The notes: generated by a model from the letters alone, not told the origin. 64,000 bases of DNA from Bacilli bacterium (GCA_050953065.1 JBMNLZ010000003.1:192001-256000); one strand, 5' to 3'; positions 11,137-21,698 are shown, numbered from the stretch's first letter. Made by a program: numbers and translations.

Positions 11137-11299
11137 TTTATTATTCTCCTTTTCTTTCTGTTGAGTTATTTTTCCCCCAACCATACATAATTATTCTATC
11201 ATTTTATAAAATATATGTCAATGAATTCTAAAGCAAAAAAAGAGCCTAATTTGACTTGTTAGACTCTTTTTGTTTATCTGTTGATTAACTTTTAATTTT

Positions 11300-12682
11300 T
11301 TACTCAATTGATAACATCATATGTACATATGCTGCTTTTGTCCCTATATATTGTTTAAACACAAGTTTAGCATTATCAAATGCTGCTTCTGCTTCTGCAT
11401 ATGTTTTGCTATCAAAATCAAAAGAAGAGATTATTGTCAGCTGTGCCATAACATCTGCAAATGTTGATGCTTCACCTTCATATACATATTCTTCTTCAAA
11501 TTGTGCATCAATAGTTGTATTTAAGATATCTAATGTTGCTTCAACCTCAGCTTGAATTTGAGTTTTAGATGTAACTTTTAAAGAAGCATATGCTTTTTCA
11601 AACAATCCCATAAATTTAGATTTTTGTTTTAAATCAAGTTTATTATATTCTTCTTCAGTTACTAATTCTCCATTAATATAATATCTAACTACATCCTCGC
11701 CTTCAACTGGATCATAAGTACTTTGACTATAATGTTCAGTTTCCATAAGTTCAAATAACTCAACATCAACTTCTAGAAATACTGAACTTGCAAACTTCAA
11801 ATTAAGAGACATATATTGTCCTAAGAATCCTAAAATTTCTTTTCCAACTCCATATATATCTTCAGCACTGAAAGTTTCATTGCCAATATCTTCTTGAGGT
11901 AACATTTGTAATACTTTTTCGTAATTTTCTATAATTAGCGCAAAGTATTCACTCCATATCTTTTCACTTAAACTAATAGAATCTAGAGCATCTGCTGCTA
12001 TTTCAAATAGTTGAACAATTTCAGCATATGTTGGATCAAACCCACCTTTAACTATTGGAGTAATTGCTTCAACATCAGTAGAATCCAAACTCCAAATTGC
12101 ACTATTGATTAAAGCAAAAGACATTCTACTACTAATAACAAAGTTTTCATATCCAATAGCCTCAATTGAAGCAGTCATTTCAGTATCACCTTCTGCTTGA
12201 TTTAGCGCCATAGAATATGCCAACTTACCAGCTGCATCATTTCCAATGATTCCAATTGCTGCTTTATAGAAAGCTAATGCTTGATTAATTTCTTCAGCTG
12301 TTACATTTTTCAAATCATTCATAAGTCCTGTTACAATCATCTTCAATGTATCAGCGTTTTCTTCAGCTAATTCAGCTAAAGCAATAATTTGTGCTTCAGT
12401 TATTTTAGCATAATCTAAATATTCTTTTGATGCAGTAATTTGTACTTGATATAGTATAATTGGATCATTTTCTCTAGCTACTCCAGCTGAAACCATAATT
12501 TTAAAAAGTGCTTCATCAGACTTTTCAGTATAACTCATCGCCTCTGCACTATCATCTTCAACTTCAAATGATGATACTTTAGTTGGATCTTCTTCTTTTC
12601 CACCCAAAATTCCATCACAACCAGTAAAAAGAACAAGCCCAATAATCATTAAAAACGTTAAAAACAATACACTTTTTCTCAT
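11300..12682 (-). CDS. Acidic lipoprotein of unknown function (paralog 2)
   Basis: Lipobox FTGC; shares KEYLxxAKITE, IGNDAxGKL, GYENFV and YYIxxxxVTEEEY with both neighbours. Confidence 0.85.
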   Translation of the reverse strand: MRKSVLFLTFLMIIGLVLFTGCDGILGGKEEDPTKVSSFEVEDDSAEAMSYTEKSDEALFKIMVSAGVARENDPIILYQVQITASKEYLDYAKITEAQIIALAELAEENADTLKMIVTGLMNDLKNVTAEEINQALAFYKAAIGIIGNDAAGKLAYSMALNQAEGDTEMTASIEAIGYENFVISSRMSFALINSAIWSLDSTDVEAITPIVKGGFDPTYAEIVQLFEIAADALDSISLSEKIWSEYFALIIENYEKVLQMLPQEDIGNETFSAEDIYGVGKEILGFLGQYMSLNLKFASSVFLEVDVELFELMETEHYSQSTYDPVEGEDVVRYYINGELVTEEEYNKLDLKQKSKFMGLFEKAYASLKVTSKTQIQAEVEATLDILNTTIDAQFEEEYVYEGEASTFADVMAQLTIISSFDFDSKTYAEAEAAFDNAKLVFKQYIGTKAAYVHMMLSIE

Positions 12683-12744
12683 ATTTTTCTCCTTTTTAAA
12701 AAAACAATTTAGGGTAATATTATTAAAACCCTATCGCATATTTA

Positions 12745-12773
12745 TTTTACCATTTTATAAAAAATATGTCAAT
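12745..12773 (-). promoter_or_regulatory. Sigma-70 promoter with extended -10, conserved upstream of each lipoprotein paralog
   Basis: TTGACA-17 nt-TAAAAT with TG; similar copies near 11194-11222 and 14304-14332. Confidence 0.75.
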
Positions 12774-12877
12774 AAACCAATAATCTCATTTTTTTACCGT
12801 TAATATTAAAAGCCTAAAACTTTATAGTTTTAGGCTTTCATATACTCAAGTTATTTTTTTTACTAACTTATTTTATA

Positions 12878-14245
12878 TTATTGCATTTGATAAAATAAAT
12901 AAGGTGCTTTAGAACCAATGTATTGCATTACAATAGGTAATCCATTATTTAATGCTTCTTCAACTTCTGCTAATGTTAACGTAGCATAATTTAAATTAGA
13001 TAATTCTTCTAATTTAGAAATAACATCTGCAAATGTAGAAATTTCACCTTCATATACATACTCTTCTGTAATTTCTTCTTTTGCAACTGCATTTAGAGCT
13101 GTTAGGACATCAACAACTTCTGCTTCAAATTTTGTTTTAACAGCATTTGTTGAACCTTTATAAGTCTTTACAAATAAACCAAACAATGTTGTCATTTGTT
13201 GTTTTTCAAGTTTTCGATATTCTTCTTCAGTTACTTCAACATCATCAATATAGTATTTTGTTACAAAAGTATATGTTTCATTATCCCATTCATCTTTATC
13301 ATATTTTGATTTAGTAGCAACTTCAACAAAACTTTCATCAACTTTATTTAATGCTTCTTTAATAAAGCCAAGATTAGTATTCATATATTTTCCTAAGAAT
13401 TCTAAAATTGCTTTAGCTGCATCTTTTGCTTCTTCTGGATAATTTTCATTTGATGATAATTGTGCAGCATCATCCATTTGAGCTACAACAATTGCAAAAT
13501 ATTGTTCCCATACATCATCAGATAACTTAATACTACCAATAGCATCAGCTGCTATTTTTGCAAGTTGAACAGCTTCAGCATTTGTTGGTTCTTTTTCTTC
13601 AATAATTAATGGAGCAATTACATCAACATCTGCAGAATCAATACTAAAAATAATACTATTAATTATTGATAATACTACTCTACTAGTAATTACAAAGTTT
13701 TCGTATCCTACAGCTTCGATTGCAGCGATAGCTTCGGCATCACCTTCTGATTCTTTTAATGCCATATTATATAATAATTTACCAACTGCATCATTTCCAA
13801 TAATTCCCATAGCTGCTTTATAAAATTCTAAAACTTTTTTAATTTTCTCAGCTGTCATGTCTGGAGCATCATCATCCCCACCTATATTGCTAAGAATAAT
13901 ATCAGCTATATCTGAATTTTCTTCAATTAAAGTAGCTAAAGCAACAAGTTGATCTTCAGTTATTTTAGCTTGGTCTAAATATTCTTTAATTCCAGCAAAT
14001 TGATCTTCATATTTTGAAGTTTGATCACCTTCTTCAGCCATTCCAGCTGCAATAAAAACTTTTAGCAAAGCTTCATCTGACTCATTAGTATAAGTCATTG
14101 TTTCTCCACTATCATCCTTTACTTCAAAACTTCCAACATTAGTTAAACTACCACCATCTTTACCACCAAGTAATCCATCACACCCAGTGAAAAGTACAAG
14201 CGCACAAATCATTAATAACGATAAAAATAATAAACTTTTTTTCAT
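12878..14245 (-). CDS. Acidic lipoprotein of unknown function (paralog 1)
   Basis: Lipobox FTGC; same family motifs as the two downstream genes. Confidence 0.85.
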   Translation of the reverse strand: MKKSLLFLSLLMICALVLFTGCDGLLGGKDGGSLTNVGSFEVKDDSGETMTYTNESDEALLKVFIAAGMAEEGDQTSKYEDQFAGIKEYLDQAKITEDQLVALATLIEENSDIADIILSNIGGDDDAPDMTAEKIKKVLEFYKAAMGIIGNDAVGKLLYNMALKESEGDAEAIAAIEAVGYENFVITSRVVLSIINSIIFSIDSADVDVIAPLIIEEKEPTNAEAVQLAKIAADAIGSIKLSDDVWEQYFAIVVAQMDDAAQLSSNENYPEEAKDAAKAILEFLGKYMNTNLGFIKEALNKVDESFVEVATKSKYDKDEWDNETYTFVTKYYIDDVEVTEEEYRKLEKQQMTTLFGLFVKTYKGSTNAVKTKFEAEVVDVLTALNAVAKEEITEEYVYEGEISTFADVISKLEELSNLNYATLTLAEVEEALNNGLPIVMQYIGSKAPYLFYQMQ

Positions 14246-14419
14246 ATTTTCTCCTTTCTTAAAATAGAGGAATCACTTTTTAATCCTCACCCCTTGTAGT
14301 ATTATTTTACCATTTTTAAAAATATAAGTCAATATAATCTGAACTTTCTAGCTACTTAATTCTTAAAAAAAACCTAACACATAAATTGTATTAGGTTTTA
14401 TAACTAATTAAAATAACTA

Positions 14420-16207
14420 TTATGATAAAACATAATATTCAATATCAGATGAGGCTGTAATTACCTTTAACAAGCATCTATCACCTTTTTTAGTTACCGT
14501 AACATTAGTAAAGTTTGCAATACTACCAATAATGACCTCACCATAAGAATAAACCTTATAATAAACTATTTCTTCTTGAGTTACTTGTTCAAAAGTATAA
14601 CCATAATTAACTGTTGTATCATAAGTCAAAGTAGTTGAGTAATCTCTTGTAGAGCCATCTTCTCCTAACCAAACATATGTATTATCATATAAAGTAGCTC
14701 TTGCAAAGCCATTATAGAATTTGCCGATTTCTTTATATTTAAATTCATGAATGATTTTACCATCTAAATCAACTACGCCAAAAGATGTTCCAGAACCTAA
14801 CACCATAACATTCTTAGTAATTGATATAATAGTAGCATTTGCTAAATCTAATATAATATTTAAACTACTATCTACTAATTTTCCAGAAATAATATAACGA
14901 TCATCTTTTACTTTTTGAGCTGATACAGGTGATACGTTAGTAAATCTTTGAAGTAATTTTCCGTTATCATCAATTAACCAATGTTCAGCATTATCTGTAA
15001 TTACTTTATCAACAATTCTAAATATGAATGAATAAATATATGAACTAACATTTTCTTCATCAAGCATTGGTATTTTTGTTGCACCAATAACATAATCTAG
15101 ACTTAATTTTTTAACTTTACCATCTGCAATATTAAATGAATATGAGAATACTTTATATTTTCTTTCATTATTATAGAACGTAAAGTCTTTCGCATCATCT
15201 GATACTTCTTTAATAACTTGATAAACAATCTTACTATCAAATTCCATAATAGACATATTAGTAGCGTCATATGTAAAACGACTTATTTCTTTTTTCTCAT
15301 AATCACAATCATCATAGAAAACAAAATCAAGAGTAGTATTTAAATTTAAAACAGTTTCATAATAATATTTAGAATTCTTCCATCTTGGAGACCATTGAGA
15401 AGGTTCCATATTTTCAAAAGCATCATTTACAAAATTACCATAATTGTATTCTTCTCTTACTTTATTTTCTAATTTGAAATACTTCAAAACACCAACATTT
15501 GTTGCCCATTTTTCAATAATATAACCATTATAATTCTTTGAATCTTGTTCAAACGATGCATAATCAGAATAATACATATCAGTAATAACTAAAGTTGGTA
15601 GGGCTCCACTTGTATTAGTAATTGGGCTATAAGAAATAGAACCAGTATTATCATAGATAGTATATTCATATTTTGTTTGAGAACCAGAAATAATTGTTTT
15701 TGTTGCAATGATATATTTAGCATGAACTGCAGCAATTACATCATATTCAAGCGGAACAATTAAAGTACCATCAATAGAATAAATCCCTAGTTTAGAATTA
15801 TTACTAACTCTAATATAACCTTTACTTATATAATCGTTATCTATAAATACTGAATCAAAAGTAGGTTCAATAACATATTTATCATCAAAAAGTGAAAAAA
15901 CACCATATTTATAAGTAACAGGATCTCCTTCAATAGTTTTTTCTACTTTGATAAATCCATCATAAACGCTTCCTTGAAAAGCAAGACCTGTTCCCATTTG
16001 TCCTACTCTTTCTAATTTTTTATAATTAACATCTCCAGTTAAAGCATACTTTGTACCATTAGCATCCAAAATACTAGCATTAACTATTTGTTTGCTAGAA
16101 ACAGTATTTTGGCCAGAAAAAATTTTACTTACAACATCCTTACATCCTACTAAAGCAAACATAACAAATGCCAACAGGATGATTGAAAAAACCTTTCTTA
16201 ATTTCAT
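14420..16207 (-). CDS. Lipoprotein with WG-type beta repeats
   Basis: Lipobox LVGC; repeats such as KLGIYSIDGTLIVPLEYD and FGVVDLDGKIIHEFKYKEIGKFYNGFA. Confidence 0.7.
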   Translation of the reverse strand: MKLRKVFSIILLAFVMFALVGCKDVVSKIFSGQNTVSSKQIVNASILDANGTKYALTGDVNYKKLERVGQMGTGLAFQGSVYDGFIKVEKTIEGDPVTYKYGVFSLFDDKYVIEPTFDSVFIDNDYISKGYIRVSNNSKLGIYSIDGTLIVPLEYDVIAAVHAKYIIATKTIISGSQTKYEYTIYDNTGSISYSPITNTSGALPTLVITDMYYSDYASFEQDSKNYNGYIIEKWATNVGVLKYFKLENKVREEYNYGNFVNDAFENMEPSQWSPRWKNSKYYYETVLNLNTTLDFVFYDDCDYEKKEISRFTYDATNMSIMEFDSKIVYQVIKEVSDDAKDFTFYNNERKYKVFSYSFNIADGKVKKLSLDYVIGATKIPMLDEENVSSYIYSFIFRIVDKVITDNAEHWLIDDNGKLLQRFTNVSPVSAQKVKDDRYIISGKLVDSSLNIILDLANATIISITKNVMVLGSGTSFGVVDLDGKIIHEFKYKEIGKFYNGFARATLYDNTYVWLGEDGSTRDYSTTLTYDTTVNYGYTFEQVTQEEIVYYKVYSYGEVIIGSIANFTNVTVTKKGDRCLLKVITASSDIEYYVLS

Positions 16208-16312
16208 AATTCCCTCCTAGTAATTCCTACTTAAATTTTACCATTTTTTAAGCAAAATGTAAACAAATATTATTTGTTAACGCTAGCTAATATTTAAATC
16301 TTGTTATAAAAA

Positions 16313-16726
16313 TTATTTTAATTTTACTAATAAAAACTTACCTTCATTATTTGTTTCAATCATTGGAGCAAGTTTGCTCATATCCATCTCAAGTCCGTTT
16401 TTTCTTAAAAACTCTTCTGCCTCAGTATTTTTTCCATATAACTCGGACATATTATCAAGCTTACATGATAGATACTTTGAAGCTTCTACTTTAATAAGTC
16501 TAAAGCCAACGTTTTCTTTAATATTATCCGGCACTGTTGCATATCTCATATAAGCAACTTGTGCTTTTTCTCCTTGTGTAATTCTAAATTCAGATGTAAA
16601 GATTGTTGTATCTTTAATAGAATTGTTAACAATAAAGTCATTTATCATTTTATGAACTTGTTCTTCATCAAAGCCAAAACATAAAATATAATTTAAAGCT
16701 GGTTTATCAATGATTTTAAATTCCAC
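16313..16726 (-). CDS. Hypothetical protein, possibly a GyrI-like effector-binding domain
   Basis: GTG start with RBS AAGGAG; MEFKIIDKPA and GFRLIKVEASKYL resemble GyrI-like domains. Confidence 0.5.
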   Translation of the reverse strand: MEFKIIDKPALNYILCFGFDEEQVHKMINDFIVNNSIKDTTIFTSEFRITQGEKAQVAYMRYATVPDNIKENVGFRLIKVEASKYLSCKLDNMSELYGKNTEAEEFLRKNGLEMDMSKLAPMIETNNEGKFLLVKLK

Positions 16727-16738
16727 TTATTTTCTCCT

Positions 16739-17632
16739 TTATTCTTCTTTTACAATACTAGAAATTTTTTCAATTGCTTCTTTAGCCTCAGGAATTGGAT
16801 AAGCAGGAAAAACATGCATCATTTTAGGGTAAATGTAAAACTTAGCTTTTACATTTTGTTTTTCTAATTTATTTTGAAAAAGTTCTACATCAGGATAAAA
16901 AATTTCGTGAGTTCCTGCAAAAATATAAATATCAGCCACCCCTTCATAACTTCCATTAATTGGACTTAAAAGATAATGAGAATAATCTCCTACCTTAACC
17001 CAAGATGAAATCATTTTTTTAATGCCTTTAACTGCTAGAACCGGATCTTTTTTTTCATAATCTTTAATTTTAGGGTTCGACAAAGTAATATCTGGACAAG
17101 GTGACATTCCAATTATTTTAGAAGGCTGTTCTAATCCTAAATCTTTTAATAACAACCCTAAAACTAGCGAGAGGTTTGCTCCGGCTGAATCTCCCATTAA
17201 AATAATATCGCTTGCTCTATGAGAAACAATTAATAACTTATAAATATTTAAAATCTTCTCATATGTTTGTTTATAATTATATGTTGGTCCTAATGGATAA
17301 AGCGGTGCAATAATTGTAGCGTCAGTTTGATCAAAAACATGTCTTAAAAATCTCCAATGAAAAAAAATCGGTTTGGCAACAAACGCCCCTCCATGAAAAT
17401 ACAAAATCACTTTTTTACTTTTTCCCTTAATAGTAAAAGTTTCAACATCATCTACTATTACTTTTTCAGCTAAAGTTTTATAAACTAAAGGTAATTTATA
17501 AGGTTCTTTATTTTTTTCTTCTTTATTTTTTAAATAAAAATCAGATATTTTATCACTTTCAAAAATCTTCTTTGCTTTAACAGCCCGTAAAGATTTCTTA
17601 ATGATGGTACTGGAAAGACTTTGTTTTTTCAT
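16739..17632 (-). CDS. Alpha/beta hydrolase, hormone-sensitive-lipase-family esterase
   Basis: HGGAF oxyanion motif, GDSAG nucleophile elbow, C-terminal His (HVF). Confidence 0.92.
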   Translation of the reverse strand: MKKQSLSSTIIKKSLRAVKAKKIFESDKISDFYLKNKEEKNKEPYKLPLVYKTLAEKVIVDDVETFTIKGKSKKVILYFHGGAFVAKPIFFHWRFLRHVFDQTDATIIAPLYPLGPTYNYKQTYEKILNIYKLLIVSHRASDIILMGDSAGANLSLVLGLLLKDLGLEQPSKIIGMSPCPDITLSNPKIKDYEKKDPVLAVKGIKKMISSWVKVGDYSHYLLSPINGSYEGVADIYIFAGTHEIFYPDVELFQNKLEKQNVKAKFYIYPKMMHVFPAYPIPEAKEAIEKISSIVKEE

Positions 17633-17641
17633 TTCTTACAC

Positions 17642-18709
17642 CTATTTATAATAACTACCTACTACCTTAATAATTTTAACTTTATTTTTTAAAGTATCTT
17701 TTAAATCATCTAGAGTTTTATTATTAATACTACCTCTTAATTCAACATAAAAATAATAACCCCATTCTTTATCTTTAGTAGGACGTGAAATTATTTTATC
17801 CATACTAAAACCTAATTTAGCAATTTCTTGAATAATTGAAGCTAAGGCTCCTACCTTATCTTCGGTTGTAAAAATCACACTATAACAATTTCCATCTTTC
17901 GGTAATTCTTTTGAAATTACAATAAACCTAGTTTTATTTTTATCAGATGTATTTATTTTCTCACAAATTACGTCTAAATCATACAGCATTGCTGTGTCAA
18001 TTGAGGCAATTGCAGCTTTTGTTTTATCTTTAGCCTCACTTACATGCTTAGCAGCTAGTGCCGTATTTGGATATTCAATTACTTTAAAATCTCTTGCTTT
18101 TAAAAAGATTTGGCTTTGCAAGATAGCTTGAGGATGAGAATAAACTTCTAAAATATCTGTTATTTTAGTACCTTTTATCCCAACTAGATTTTGATCAATA
18201 TGTAAATCATAAATTTGAGTAATATATAAATTATATTTAAAAAGTAAATCTAAAACTTCAGTAATTTCACCAGTAAAAGTATTTTCAATTGGCAATACTC
18301 CAAAGTCAACCTTTTTAGATTCCACTGCTAAAAAGACTTCTTCAAAAGTATCATAAGAATTTAATTTAGAATGCTTGAATAATTCTTTTGAAGCTAAATA
18401 AGAAAATGCTCCTTTTACTCCTTGATAAGCAATTAATCTTTGGTCCAGTAAATCTCTTTGGTATTCTTTTGAAGTATTCATTAAATCTATTAAAAACTTT
18501 TTATAATAATTCAAAAATTCAGTTTCTTTTATATAAACAGAATTCTTTTCTAATAAAGCTTCTTCTCTTTTAGAATCACAAATTTCTAAATTATTTTTAC
18601 TTTTATATAAAGCAATTTCTTTAACTATTTTCATTCTATCTTCAAATAGTTTAGCAATTTCTTTATCAAGTGCTTCAATTTTTTCTCTTAAAATTAATAT
18701 TTTATCCAT
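17642..18709 (-). CDS. pheA: Chorismate mutase / prephenate dehydratase
   Basis: N-terminal AroQ domain; YQGVKGAFS, PIENT, SHPQA, NKTRF; C-terminal ACT domain (ISRP). Confidence 0.93.
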   Translation of the reverse strand: MDKILILREKIEALDKEIAKLFEDRMKIVKEIALYKSKNNLEICDSKREEALLEKNSVYIKETEFLNYYKKFLIDLMNTSKEYQRDLLDQRLIAYQGVKGAFSYLASKELFKHSKLNSYDTFEEVFLAVESKKVDFGVLPIENTFTGEITEVLDLLFKYNLYITQIYDLHIDQNLVGIKGTKITDILEVYSHPQAILQSQIFLKARDFKVIEYPNTALAAKHVSEAKDKTKAAIASIDTAMLYDLDVICEKINTSDKNKTRFIVISKELPKDGNCYSVIFTTEDKVGALASIIQEIAKLGFSMDKIISRPTKDKEWGYYFYVELRGSINNKTLDDLKDTLKNKVKIIKVVGSYYK

Positions 18710-18855
18710 ATAAACCCCATAAAAATAATACTTATTATAATTGTATCATAATTTATTTTAATAGTAAATATTTATAATCTTCATAAATTACTTGCTTTTC
18801 AATTATTTTTTTATTAAAATATTTACTAATATCTCAAAAGAAAGGGTGAAAAAAT

Positions 18856-19872
18856 ATGATTATAACAATAAAAAGTGATACTCCTAAAAAAGAATTAGAT
18901 GATTTCATAAAAAGTTTAGAAAAACAAAATCTAAAAGTTTTTGATATTGTTGGAACTCAAAAGAAAGTATTAGGCTTAGTAGGCGATACTTCTGCTATTG
19001 ATGAAAGAGAGTTCTTTGTTTTTCCATGGGTTGAAGATGTTAATAGGATTTCAGCTCCTTATAAAAAGGCTAATCGCCAATTTCATCCTCAAGATACAAT
19101 CATTGATGTTAATGGCATCAAAATTGGCGGAGGTGAAAAAATAGTGATTATTGCAGGACCATGCTCTGTTGAAAGCGAAGAACAAATTTTCGAAATAGCT
19201 GAAGGAATTAAACAAGCTGGTGCTGTAATGTTAAGGGGTGGAGCATATAAGCCAAGAACTTCTCCTTATGTATTTCAAGGTCTAAAAACTCAAGGTTTAG
19301 AAATTCTCTCAAAAGCTAAAGCTAAATATAATTTACCAATCGTTTCAGAAATCATGTCTAGTGATAAACTTCCAGAATTCTTAGCTCAAGTTGATATTAT
19401 TCAAGTTGGTGCTAGAAACATGCAAAACTTTGAATTGCTTCGAGATTTAGGAAAAATAAATAAGCCTATTTTATTAAAAAGAGGCTTATCTAATACAGTT
19501 GAAGAATGGTTAATGAGTGCTGAATATATAATGTCTGAGGGAAACGATCAAGTTATTCTTTGTGAGAGAGGCATTAGAACCTTTGAAAGAGCTACTAGAA
19601 ACACACTTGATTTATCAGTAATTCCTTTACTTAAAAAAATTACCCACCTACCTATCGTAATTGATCCATCACATGCTACAGGACACTGGGAATTAGTTGA
19701 ATCTATGGCGCTAGCTGCAATTGCTGCAGGATGCGATGGACTTTTAATTGAGGTTCACAATAATCCTCAAAAAGCCTTATCAGATGGAACTCAATCTTTA
19801 AAAATTAAAAAATTTGCTCAACTTATGGAAAAAGGAAAAGCAATTGCTAAAGTTATAGGAAGAGATATTTAA
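18856..19872 (+). CDS. aroF: 3-deoxy-7-phosphoheptulonate synthase (type I-beta, N-terminal regulatory domain)
   Basis: AGPCSVES, KPRTSPY, GARNMQNF, DPSH, SDG. Confidence 0.96.
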   Translation: MIITIKSDTPKKELDDFIKSLEKQNLKVFDIVGTQKKVLGLVGDTSAIDEREFFVFPWVEDVNRISAPYKKANRQFHPQDTIIDVNGIKIGGGEKIVIIAGPCSVESEEQIFEIAEGIKQAGAVMLRGGAYKPRTSPYVFQGLKTQGLEILSKAKAKYNLPIVSEIMSSDKLPEFLAQVDIIQVGARNMQNFELLRDLGKINKPILLKRGLSNTVEEWLMSAEYIMSEGNDQVILCERGIRTFERATRNTLDLSVIPLLKKITHLPIVIDPSHATGHWELVESMALAAIAAGCDGLLIEVHNNPQKALSDGTQSLKIKKFAQLMEKGKAIAKVIGRDI

Positions 19873-19947
19873 AAAAGCCTTAATGTACTGAGCCCCTTTC
19901 TCTGGTTATTCCAGATTTAGGGGCTCGCATCATAAAGGGCTTTTTTT
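19871..19947. terminator. Bidirectional terminator between aroF and the transporter gene, with an inserted hairpin element
   Basis: AAAAAAGCC...GGCTTTTTTT outer stem between convergent genes. Confidence 0.75.
19884..19932. mobile_element. Possible 49-bp IS3-like miniature inverted-repeat element
   Basis: TG...CA ends, GAGCCCC/GGGGCTC and TCTGG/CCAGA inverted arms, TAA on both sides. Confidence 0.4.
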
Positions 19948-21082
19948 AATTTATTAATAACTGAAAAATAATTAGAATTCCTAAAAATAAAAAGTTTATT
20001 AAAGAAAATAGTCCTAAATATTGCCAAGCTTTTTTAGGTTCTTCTTTTCTATATTGACTAAAAGTAATTAAACTAGCCAGCGATGCAACAATTGTTCCAA
20101 TCCCACCAATATTAACAGCAACTAATAAATTTGGATAATCTAAAGTAAACTTACTAAATAAAATTGCAGTTGGGACATTACTAATAAACTGACATGTCAG
20201 AACACTTACTATTAAAGTATTATGAGAAATAAGGTTAGAAAAAAATGTGCTTATACTTTCAATTCTAGATAGGTTTCCAGTAAAGATAAAGAAAAATAAA
20301 AATGTAAATAATAAACCATAATCCACTTTCATAAAGGCTTTATAATCAACTATTAACATTCCAACAACAACTACTGCTAAAGCATAATAAAATGGTACAA
20401 CTTTAAAAATTAGTAAAACCGCTGCAACAAACAATAAACTTAAAAAAACAGTTTTAACTTTTGGCAAATTATACTCTTGATTATCAATTAAAACTAACTC
20501 TTCTTTTTTAACAAACATAATACAAATAAGTATTAACAAAAATGATAGTAAAAATGGTGGCCCCATTATTTTAATAAACTCTAATGTGTTAATATTAAAA
20601 TATGAAAACAAATATATATTTTGAGGATTTCCAAAAGGAGTTACCATTCCACCTAAATTAGCAGCAATATTTTGCATGATAAAGGTAAATGCTAGATATT
20701 TTTTTTTACCAGTTGCTCTCATTATAAAAATACCTAAAGGTAAAAAAGTAATTAAAGCCATATCATTTGCTAGAATCATTGAACCGATATATGTCGTAAA
20801 AACTAGTGCTAAAATAACATTTCTAGTGTTTTTGAATTTCAAAACAATTGCTCTTGAAATCTTTTCAAAAAAATGGATATTATTAAATCCACATATTACA
20901 AGTAAAGTTGAAAACAAACAAGCAAGAGTTGGTAAATCTAAATAATTTAAATACTCTTTATCAATAGGAACAAAAAAAGCAGTGATAATACTAGCAAGTA
21001 AAGCTATCATCATTACTATATTTTGTTTTTCAAAATTCCAAATGCTATAAAGTATTTTTTTCAAGTTTTTAATCCTTTCCAT
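19946..21082 (-). CDS. ArsB/NhaD/SLC13-family permease (citrate-transporter-like)
   Basis: ANDMALITF, AANLGG-TPFGNPQN, QFISNVP, ASLASLI; many TM helices. Confidence 0.85.
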   Translation of the reverse strand: MERIKNLKKILYSIWNFEKQNIVMMIALLASIITAFFVPIDKEYLNYLDLPTLACLFSTLLVICGFNNIHFFEKISRAIVLKFKNTRNVILALVFTTYIGSMILANDMALITFLPLGIFIMRATGKKKYLAFTFIMQNIAANLGGMVTPFGNPQNIYLFSYFNINTLEFIKIMGPPFLLSFLLILICIMFVKKEELVLIDNQEYNLPKVKTVFLSLLFVAAVLLIFKVVPFYYALAVVVVGMLIVDYKAFMKVDYGLLFTFLFFFIFTGNLSRIESISTFFSNLISHNTLIVSVLTCQFISNVPTAILFSKFTLDYPNLLVAVNIGGIGTIVASLASLITFSQYRKEEPKKAWQYLGLFSLINFLFLGILIIFQLLIN

Positions 21083-21119
21083 ATTAAAAGGATTCTTAAT
21101 TTAGAATCCTAAAATTATC

Positions 21120-21698
21120 TTACTGATATTTAGCTTTTATTTCTTCTGCTTGATAACACAAGTCCATTATTCTATCTTCAATTTCTTGCAATTCAAAATT
21201 CTTGCGCATATCGCCTTCAAAGCTACCGCTTGGAATGCTTCTTTTCATAAAAATAGAAGCCATCCAGAAAAAGAAAATAGTTAAAATTACAAACAAACCA
21301 AAAACTATATAAAGTGGGGTATTATTTTTGCTGATTGCAGCACCAATCATCACAATTGAAAATAACAAAGAAAAGACCCCTAATAATACTAAAATGATAA
21401 AGAAAAACACTTTTGCAAAAAGCATTTTTTTCTTTTCCTGATTTTTCCTTAATCCTTGATGAATTATTACTCTTCTTTCATCTAAACAATCTTCAATCTT
21501 TCTTTCTATTTTAACAAGTTCATCATAATAAGGAGTATCTTGGTCTCGTCTAAATTTTAAAACAATTACCATTATGCCAGTATCTCTTATATCTTTACTA
21601 ATAAGTTCCCAGCCAATGGATCTTTGTCTTTGAATTCGTTGTTCAATAGAACTTTTTTCAGCATAAGCTAGTTCCATTTTTTTAATTTCATAACCCAT
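21120..21698 (-). CDS. Hypothetical membrane protein (2 TM)
   Basis: RBS GAGGA; two hydrophobic helices flanked by coiled segments. Confidence 0.7.
   Translation of the reverse strand: MGYEIKKMELAYAEKSSIEQRIQRQRSIGWELISKDIRDTGIMVIVLKFRRDQDTPYYDELVKIERKIEDCLDERRVIIHQGLRKNQEKKKMLFAKVFFFIILVLLGVFSLLFSIVMIGAAISKNNTPLYIVFGLFVILTIFFFWMASIFMKRSIPSGSFEGDMRKNFELQEIEDRIMDLCYQAEEIKAKYQ

Noticed and set aside
11025-11231. 68-aa plus-strand ORF
   Set aside because: It is antisense to the frameshifted 5' end of the lipoprotein gene.
18710-18855. T-box or leader-peptide attenuator for pheA/aroF
   Set aside because: The spacer is only 146 bp, AT-rich, with no T-box motif or terminator; consistent with divergent promoters.
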